Positions 57,839 through 64,000 of a stretch of DNA of 64,000 nucleotides are shown in pieces; positions within the stretch are counted from its first letter, which is position 1; each line of letters opens with the position of its first letter. The DNA comes from Nitrososphaerota archaeon (lineage in GTDB: Archaea; Thermoproteota; Nitrososphaeria; Nitrososphaerales; Gagatemarchaeaceae). The stretch spans positions 649,374-713,373 of the forward strand of contig JAFLYY010000001.1 of NCBI GenBank assembly GCA_029785825.1, read 5' to 3'. A program made the position numbers and the translations under genes. Under the pieces are notes generated by a model that did not search any database, was not told the DNA's origin, and saw only the letters and a list, made by a program, of their open reading frames with translations.

Positions 57839-58756
57839 GTGGTGCCCCGCAGAGCCGTCTTCGCGACAGAGCAGCTCCCTCCCGTTGCCAGAGAGATTCT
57901 CAAGGAATACGACCTTTTCGAGGTCGAAGCCGACGGCGCGTCGCTCGCGAAGTGCGAGGCGCTGATCTGCTGGCCCCACAGGGTGAAGCCGGAGCTCATC
58001 AGGAAGATGACCGCCCTGAAGATGATCCAGGCGATGTCGGCAGGGGTCGACAGCTTCGACTTCGCGTCCCTCCCGCCCGGGGTGACCGTCTACTCCAACG
58101 CCGGCGCGTTCGCGGAGTCTGTGGGCGAGCACGCCTGGGGGGTCCTCCTGGGGGTCGCGAAGGGGGTGCACCTCCGCAACCAGAGGTCCGCGCCCCGGAA
58201 GCTGCGGGGGAAGACCCTCCTGGTGGTGGGCGCCGGAGCCATCGGGTCCGAGGTAGCCAGGCTGTCAAAGTCCCTGGGGATGAAGACGGTCGGGATCTCC
58301 AGGTCTTTCCGGGACCCTGGCGCTTTCGACGAGAGGGCGCCGCTCTCCTCGCTGGCGGATAAGCTGGGGGAGGCGGACGCGGTGGTGATGGCCCTACCGC
58401 TCACCAGAGAGACGCGGGGGCTCGTGACCTACGACCTCCTTTCGAGGACGAAGGACGGCGTCATCCTCGTCAACGTCGGGCGGGGGGAGAGCATCCAGGA
58501 GGAAGGGACGCTCCGCTGGCTGAAAGAGAGGCCGGAAAGCAGGTTCGCGACCGATGTCTTCTGGGACAGAGAAGGGAGGGAGTCGTTCGACACGCCCGCT
58601 TGGGACCTTCCCAACTTCGCAGGGACCCTGCACGTCTCGGGGGTCCCCCTCGGAGACGACCTGACGGGGGTGAGGGTGGCGGCCGCCAAGAACGTGAAGA
58701 GCTTCTTCGAGACAGGAAACGCAGCCAACCGGACAGACCCGGCGGAATACCTCTGA
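57839..58756 (+). CDS. D-2-hydroxyacid dehydrogenase family protein
   Basis: SAGVD, SNAG, GAGAIG, LPLT, NVGRG, TDVFW. Confidence 0.9.
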   Translation: MVPRRAVFATEQLPPVAREILKEYDLFEVEADGASLAKCEALICWPHRVKPELIRKMTALKMIQAMSAGVDSFDFASLPPGVTVYSNAGAFAESVGEHAWGVLLGVAKGVHLRNQRSAPRKLRGKTLLVVGAGAIGSEVARLSKSLGMKTVGISRSFRDPGAFDERAPLSSLADKLGEADAVVMALPLTRETRGLVTYDLLSRTKDGVILVNVGRGESIQEEGTLRWLKERPESRFATDVFWDREGRESFDTPAWDLPNFAGTLHVSGVPLGDDLTGVRVAAAKNVKSFFETGNAANRTDPAEYL

Positions 58757-58880
58757 CCGCGGCCGCACCCCCTTCCGAAGGCCCGCACGGGGCCCTGGGC
58801 CGTTCGGGGCGGGTCCCATGAGACGCCTAGGCAGTGGTTAAATACGCGGTGCCGGGCCCGTGCCGAACAAGGTCAGCCAT

Positions 58881-59246
58881 ATGCCAAAAAAGAAATCCGA
58901 CACGAACGCGTCAGAGGGACACAAGGCCACTGAACAGGCCGCAACACCAGCACATCAGAGCACGCCAACCCAGAGGACCGCACCGTTGAACCACATCTTC
59001 GTGGGTCAGAAGCCTGTGATGAACTACGCCATGAGCGCACTCATCCAGCTCGCCCAGGCAGGAGAGGTGACGGTGAAGGCCAGAGGGATGGCGATCAGCA
59101 GAGCAGTCGATGTGGCAGAAATCGTCACCAAGAGGCTGGGGAACGGCCAGTTCAAAGTCAAGGACATCGGCATAAGCACCGAGGTCGTTGGCGAAGGCGC
59201 CGAAACACGGAACATCTCCTCGATCGAGATAGTCGTCGGCAAGTAA
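58881..59246 (+). CDS. alba: DNA/RNA-binding protein Alba
   Basis: IFVGQKPVMNY, KARGMAISRAVDVAE, ISSIEI; N-terminal low-complexity extension. Confidence 0.95.
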   Translation: MPKKKSDTNASEGHKATEQAATPAHQSTPTQRTAPLNHIFVGQKPVMNYAMSALIQLAQAGEVTVKARGMAISRAVDVAEIVTKRLGNGQFKVKDIGISTEVVGEGAETRNISSIEIVVGK

Positions 59247-59285
59247 CAAGAGCAACCCATCCAATCCTGGTTTGGTAAGGAGAGG

Positions 59286-59558
59286 TCAGCGGAAGCTCTG
59301 GCCGGCTGCTGGAGCGCTCGCAAGCAGGGCGAGCTTGTCTGACCTCCCCAGTTTCTTTATCTCCGCCTCCCGCTCCAGCGCCCTTCCCCGGCTCTCTGCG
59401 GGCTCGGAAAAGGCGAGCCTGACCGGTCTCCGACCGCGGGTGTACTTCGCCCCTCGCCCCGAATTGTGCTCTTCGACCCTCCTCGCCAGGTCGGTGGTGA
59501 CCCCAGTGTACAGAGTCCCGTCGGCGCACCTGACGATGTACACGTAGTATGGAGCCAC
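59286..59558 (-). CDS. Small GIY-YIG nuclease (YazA/UPF0213-like)
   Basis: YVYIVRCADGTLYTGVTTDL.RRVEEHNSG.GAKYTR. Confidence 0.9.
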   Translation of the reverse strand: MAPYYVYIVRCADGTLYTGVTTDLARRVEEHNSGRGAKYTRGRRPVRLAFSEPAESRGRALEREAEIKKLGRSDKLALLASAPAAGQSFR

Positions 59559-59680
59559 GCACCCCCTGCGAAGACTCCGACTAAAGGACAGTCTCGACGC
59601 CGGCTCCCGGTCGCGCCGGTGCGCTAGCCGATTATTTTTTGCGCACGGGTCGCAATATTTTCCGAGCGCCGGGGATAAAG

Positions 59681-59698
59681 TTATAAGAGAAAATTCTC
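59681..59698 (+). promoter_or_regulatory. TATA box with abutting palindrome upstream of the decarboxylase gene
   Basis: TTATAA followed directly by GAGAA-AA-TTCTC. Confidence 0.5.
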
Positions 59699-59718
59699 GG
59701 CGGTCGAGCAACAAAAAG

Positions 59719-61038
59719 TTGGTCGACACTCGCACGCAGCCCGTCTCGCGGTCGGGCGTTGCGGCGCCGAGGTTTGCTGACGGGGATCTCTACAGCCTAG
59801 CAGAGAAGCACGGCACCCCGTACTTCCTGATAGACGAGGCGACCCTGAGGAGGAAGGTCTCCGAGATGGAACAAGGCTTCAGCGAATACAAGGGGGTGTT
59901 CAGGGTCGCGTACTCGGTGAAGGCGAACTTCAACCCCTCGGTGATAAGGACGTTCGCGAGCGAGGGGATACTCTTCGACCTCACCGCCCCCAGCGAAGTC
60001 GTCTTCGTGCAGAAGGCAGGAGGCTCGGCCGAGAACGTGATGTACACCAGCATCACCGAGACAGAGGAGGAGTACGAGCAGGTGCTGAAGATGGGGGTGC
60101 GGAAGATCGTGGTGGCGAGCCACACCGGGTACCTCAACCTGGCGGAGGCGGCCGCCAAGCTGAACGTGACGGTCAGCGCGATGATCAGAGTGAACCCCGA
60201 GGTCCACGTGCACGCCGAGCTCCGCGGGTCCATGGGCCACGGGAAGTTCGGGCTCCAGTTCAACGGAGGGAGCCAGGACAGCGCCCTGGTCGTCCTGAAG
60301 AAGATCCTCGCGACGCCACTGCTGAACTTCGAAGGGTTCCACTTCCACCTAGGGAGCCAGATCGAGGACCCGTCCTGCTACGCGGAGGCGATAGAGAAGC
60401 TCGAGGCGTTCATACTGGGCGCCAGGAGGCAGCTCGGAGAGTTCAGGGTCAACACCCTCGACATCGGAGGGGGTCTCCCGGTCCCCTACGGGAAGAAGGT
60501 GCCGTCCCCCAAGGACCTCGGAGGCAAGATAACCGGACAGCTCAACAGCCTTGTGGAAAGCATCGGGGACAGGTTCACGCTTGTCGCGGAGAGCGGGAGG
60601 TTCCTCACGGCAGAGTCGACGGTGCTTGTGACGCGGGTGGTCAACATGAAGAGCTTCGGAGAGACGAAGTACATCTATGTCGACGCAGGTTACAACGTCC
60701 TCCTCGACTCTGCGCTGCTCAGGCACGAGTACCCGGTGGACGTCGTCCCCGGAGGGAAGCCGTCCCCGCAGAAGGTCGCCCTGGTCGGGAGGCTCTGCGA
60801 CCCGCTCGACGTCTTCCCGATCTCCAGCCGGTCGAAGCTCGGAGGGGCGGAGCTCGGGAAGCTGGTCGTCTTCCGCGAAGTCGGAGCGTACTCTCTGGTC
60901 ATGAACATGCCGTTCCACAGCCAGCCGAGGCCCCCGGTCCTGATGCGAGGGAGCCAGGGGAGCTACTCGGTGGCCCGGAAGGGGCAGGACGTAGAGCGGC
61001 TCTTCGCCGACGAAGGCGGAGACTGCCTCCCGAACTGA
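59719..61038 (+). CDS. lysA: Group IV PLP decarboxylase (diaminopimelate decarboxylase-like)
   Basis: YSVKAN, IRVNP, KFG, HFHLGSQ, DIGGG, ESGR, GRLCD, GAYS; substrate not certain. Confidence 0.8.
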   Translation: MVDTRTQPVSRSGVAAPRFADGDLYSLAEKHGTPYFLIDEATLRRKVSEMEQGFSEYKGVFRVAYSVKANFNPSVIRTFASEGILFDLTAPSEVVFVQKAGGSAENVMYTSITETEEEYEQVLKMGVRKIVVASHTGYLNLAEAAAKLNVTVSAMIRVNPEVHVHAELRGSMGHGKFGLQFNGGSQDSALVVLKKILATPLLNFEGFHFHLGSQIEDPSCYAEAIEKLEAFILGARRQLGEFRVNTLDIGGGLPVPYGKKVPSPKDLGGKITGQLNSLVESIGDRFTLVAESGRFLTAESTVLVTRVVNMKSFGETKYIYVDAGYNVLLDSALLRHEYPVDVVPGGKPSPQKVALVGRLCDPLDVFPISSRSKLGGAELGKLVVFREVGAYSLVMNMPFHSQPRPPVLMRGSQGSYSVARKGQDVERLFADEGGDCLPN

Positions 61039-61130
61039 GTCTTCAGCCACCGGACCGGGGCGGCCCGGGAGAGGCTCTCTTTCGGCCTTGGGCGAACTGA
61101 AATATCCGCCGCCCGGGGGCTGCGGTAGAA

Positions 61131-61697
61131 GTGACACTGGAAGTCATAGTCGGGCCGATGTTTTCAGGCAAGACGTCCGAGTTGATCAGGCTGGTAGAGC
61201 GCGAGGTCTACGCCAAGAAGAAGGGGGCGATATTCAAGGTCGACTTCGACAGGCGGTACAGCGAGAAGGAGGTCGTCACCCACAACGGGCTCAGGTACGA
61301 CGCCTATTCGATATCTTCTTCGGACGAAGGGGTGAAGAAGATCGAAGAGGCAGCAGAGTCCAACGGCCTCGACGCCATAGGGGTCGACGAAGTGAACTTC
61401 TTCCCGGAAGCGATCGTGAAGGTCCTCGACGGCCTCGCCGACCGGAGGAGGGTGATCGCGTGCGGACTGAACCTGGATTTCCGGGCCGAGCCGTTCCGGA
61501 CCACGATGGAGCTGGCAGCCAGGGCCGACCGGGTGAGGTACCTCAGCGCAGTCTGCGTGGTCTGCGGGCAGGAGGCCACCAGGACGCAGAGGCTCGTGGG
61601 CGGCAAGCCTGCCCCCAAGGGCTCCCCGGTGATCGCCGTCGGCGGGAAGGAGATGTACGAGCCCAGATGCAGGAAGTGCTACGCCCCCCCGACGTGA
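61131..61697 (+). CDS. tdk: Thymidine kinase
   Basis: GPMFSGKTSEL, DEVNFF, GLNLDFR.EPF, CVVCG, YEPRCRKC. Confidence 0.95.
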   Translation: MTLEVIVGPMFSGKTSELIRLVEREVYAKKKGAIFKVDFDRRYSEKEVVTHNGLRYDAYSISSSDEGVKKIEEAAESNGLDAIGVDEVNFFPEAIVKVLDGLADRRRVIACGLNLDFRAEPFRTTMELAARADRVRYLSAVCVVCGQEATRTQRLVGGKPAPKGSPVIAVGGKEMYEPRCRKCYAPPT

Positions 61698-61751
61698 CCG
61701 CCGTTAGAACTCTTGATAACACCCGCAGGCGGGTCCATGAGGGCGTAGCTT

Positions 61752-62522
61752 TTGGCGCACCAGCCCAAGGACGAAGAGGGGAGGCCGTATCACGTCAGGT
61801 TGTCGAAGGCAGATGTCGGAAGGGTGGCCCTCCTCCCGGGGGACCCGGGGCGGGTCCCGCTCATCGCAGAGCGCCTCGACGGCGCCAGGGAGCTTAACTC
61901 CAACAGGGAGTACGTCGCCTACGGCGGGGCGACGGGAGGGGAGAAGGTGGTGGTCATGAGCACAGGCATCGGCGGGCCTTCGACCGCCATCGCCGTCGAA
62001 GAGCTGGCGCGACTGGGGGTCGAGGTGATGATACGGGTCGGCACCTGCGGTGCCATCCAGCCTGCCCTGAAGCTGGGGTCGCTGGTCGTCGCGGATTCGG
62101 CCGTCAGGATGGACGGCACCAGCCGCCAGTACATCATGGACGGGTACCCTGCGGCGGCAACTCCGGGGGTGGTCATGGCGCTGGCGGAAGCTGCCGCGTC
62201 CCTTCACAAGAAGGCGGCAGTGGGGGTCTCGGCCTCGACCGACTCGTTCTACGTGGGCCAGGGGAGAGAGGGGTTCGGCGGATACCTCCCCTCCGACAAA
62301 GCGCGCGTAGTGGAAGACCTCCGGGCGGCGAAGGTCCTCTGCTTCGAGATGGAAGCGGCCACGCTGTTCACCCTGGGGAGGCTGTTCGGACTCAAGACAG
62401 GGGCCGTCTTCGCGGTGATAGCCAACCGCGCGACGGACGAGCTCGGCCACGACGTCGGGGTGGACGACGCGATAGAAGTGGCGCTCGCCGGGGTAAGGGG
62501 CCTGAAGAAACACTCCGTCTAA
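61752..62522 (+). CDS. udp: Uridine phosphorylase
   Basis: PGDPGRV, STGIGGPS, RVGTCG, DSFY.GQ.R, EMEAATL. Confidence 0.92.
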   Translation: MAHQPKDEEGRPYHVRLSKADVGRVALLPGDPGRVPLIAERLDGARELNSNREYVAYGGATGGEKVVVMSTGIGGPSTAIAVEELARLGVEVMIRVGTCGAIQPALKLGSLVVADSAVRMDGTSRQYIMDGYPAAATPGVVMALAEAAASLHKKAAVGVSASTDSFYVGQGREGFGGYLPSDKARVVEDLRAAKVLCFEMEAATLFTLGRLFGLKTGAVFAVIANRATDELGHDVGVDDAIEVALAGVRGLKKHSV

Positions 62523-63739
62523 GGGGCCAGGACAACCCCGAGCACGTCCCGGCCCATCATGTGTCCGAGGGAGCCGCGCTTGGCGTCGGCCTCCGTGAAC
62601 CTCCTCCCGTCCCCCTTCTCGGAGGTCACGAGCAGCGGGAAGGGGTCGTCGGAGTGCATCTTGATCGTGCAGGGAGTGCTGTGGTCGCAGGAGACCCCCA
62701 GGCGAAGGCCCTCCAGCTTCCCGGCCACGGAGAAGAAGTCCCTGTCGATCTCCTCGATGCTCCTCTTCTTCCCCCGGGCGTCGCCGTCGTGCCCGAACTC
62801 ATCGGGCCCCTTGATGTGAACGTAGACCAGCCCCCCCTCGCGCGCAGCCGACGCGAACAGCGACGCTTTCTCCCGCAGGTCGCGCCTGTCCTTTATCGGG
62901 ACCATGGTCATCCCGAGGAGCTTCGCGATCCCGACCTCTGCCGGCATCTCCACCAGCGCGGTCCCCTTGCGCCCGTACTTCTCCTCGAAGGACTGGAGCA
63001 CGGGGATGTGGTCGCCTGCGTCGCGGAGGAGGACGCAGTTGGCCGGGAGCTTGCCAGCCTCCGCCCTCTCGGCGTTGACCTCGCTCTTCTGAAGCGCCCT
63101 GGCAGCCTTGGCAGCGAACTCGTTGACCAACTCGGCGGCCCTCGCCGCGCCCGCGTCCCTGGTCTCAGGGACGCTCTTCGCCACCCGGTCCGTCCCCTTG
63201 GTCTCCTTGGCCGCCCCGAACCCGCCGACCCTCGAGTACGCCGGGTCCGTGTTCGAGATCATTGCCGAGAGAGGGCGGCCGGCCCTGATCACGAGCACGC
63301 CGCGGTAGGACACGGTCGCCCTGAAATCGAACTCGGCGCCGGCGAGCGACACCCGGCTGATGTCCTTGGCGAGGCGCTCCGCTTCGTCCTGGGTCAGGTC
63401 CCGCCCCGCCCTCCTGTCGACTATCACGTCCCCCCTCGCGGACGCCAGGTTCGCCCGCAGAGCCAGGTACCCGTCCTTCATCTCCATCCCCGAGCCCACC
63501 GCCTCCACCACTCCCCTCCCGGGGTAACCCGCGCCGAAGGAGTATCCGAGCATGCTGAAGACCGCTATGTCAGACTCCGGGGCTATCCCCTTCCCGACCG
63601 AAGTGACCGTCCCCAGCCTAGACCTCGAGGCTATCCTGTCGAGGTTTGGGGTGTACGCACCCTGCAGCGGGGTGACGAAGTTGAGCCCCGGGACGGGCCT
63701 GTCGCCGCACCCGTCGAGGAGGACATATCCGGCCTTCAA
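62519..63739 (-). CDS. apgM: Cofactor-independent phosphoglycerate mutase (archaeal)
   Basis: LLDGCGD, TPNLD, PESD, GRG, KGPDEFGHDG, DHSTP, HSDDP; TTG start inferred. Confidence 0.93.
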   Translation of the reverse strand: MKAGYVLLDGCGDRPVPGLNFVTPLQGAYTPNLDRIASRSRLGTVTSVGKGIAPESDIAVFSMLGYSFGAGYPGRGVVEAVGSGMEMKDGYLALRANLASARGDVIVDRRAGRDLTQDEAERLAKDISRVSLAGAEFDFRATVSYRGVLVIRAGRPLSAMISNTDPAYSRVGGFGAAKETKGTDRVAKSVPETRDAGAARAAELVNEFAAKAARALQKSEVNAERAEAGKLPANCVLLRDAGDHIPVLQSFEEKYGRKGTALVEMPAEVGIAKLLGMTMVPIKDRRDLREKASLFASAAREGGLVYVHIKGPDEFGHDGDARGKKRSIEEIDRDFFSVAGKLEGLRLGVSCDHSTPCTIKMHSDDPFPLLVTSEKGDGRRFTEADAKRGSLGHMMGRDVLGVVLAP

Positions 63740-63893
63740 GCTCCCGGGACAGGGGCGCCGCGGGTCCCCATTTGTCCCTTTCCCAGATCCCGGCAGAGCG
63801 TCTCGGCGCCTGGCCGCGGCGCGGAGAGATCCGGTTTCCGGCCCGTCCGCCTCCAAAGGCTAATATCGTGTCAGGGGCGCCGCAGGCGCGCCT

Positions 63894-64000
63894 ATGGTAG
63901 AGATCAGGAAGGACTACTTCACGGAAAAGCTCTCGATAATCCTCCCCGACAGGGGGCTGAAGCCGGGCCAGGTCATCCCGCAGCGGGCAGAGAAGTGCAA
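63894..64000 (+). CDS. Probable galactose-1-phosphate uridylyltransferase N-terminus (3' truncated)
   Basis: MVEIRKDYFTEKLSIILPDRGLKP resembles GalT N-termini; only ~35 codons visible. Confidence 0.5.
   Translation, partial: MVEIRKDYFTEKLSIILPDRGLKPGQVIPQRAEKC

Noticed and set aside
1..64000. Numerous long antisense/alternate-frame ORFs; CRISPR arrays, rRNA, tRNA, IS elements
   Set aside because: The shadow ORFs are Arg/Gly/Pro-rich by-products of high GC3. No repeat-spacer array, rRNA, complete tRNA or transposase was recognisable by eye.

Overview
High-GC archaeal chromosome segment, almost certainly TACK and probably a basal, non-ammonia-oxidising Nitrososphaerota lineage. This placement is inferred from eS25/eS26/eS30 together with Smc-ScpAB, PolB1, GatDE and a single-domain EndA. 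It is a gene-dense core region: smc-scpA-scpB, rps8e, srp19, gar1, tfb, rlmE, trm1, rnhB, fibrillarin/nop5, rps30e, elp3, gatDE, polB1 (with an intein), aguBA, thrS, rps26e, a sugar-type ABC transporter, proS, trmI, endA, nfeD/stomatin, upp, lig, rps25e, rpo6, alba, lysA-like, tdk, udp and apgM. Main discovery: two conserved protein-coding genes are split by tiny out-of-frame inserts that fold as bulge-helix-bulge (BHB) tRNA-type introns. These are rps30e (31 nt, 14739-14769) and rnhB (28 nt, 11565-11592). Cutting at the canonical BHB positions restores the textbook motifs MPTHGSLTKAGKVR and GLDEAGRG. The rnhB intron lies in the catalytic motif, directly behind a low-GC free-standing LAGLIDADG-wHTH gene that may itself need a 23-nt intron removed. 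This suggests a mini-intron/homing-endonuclease partnership. The splicing endonuclease gene is in the same window. All calls are by eye; no database searches or folding programs were run.
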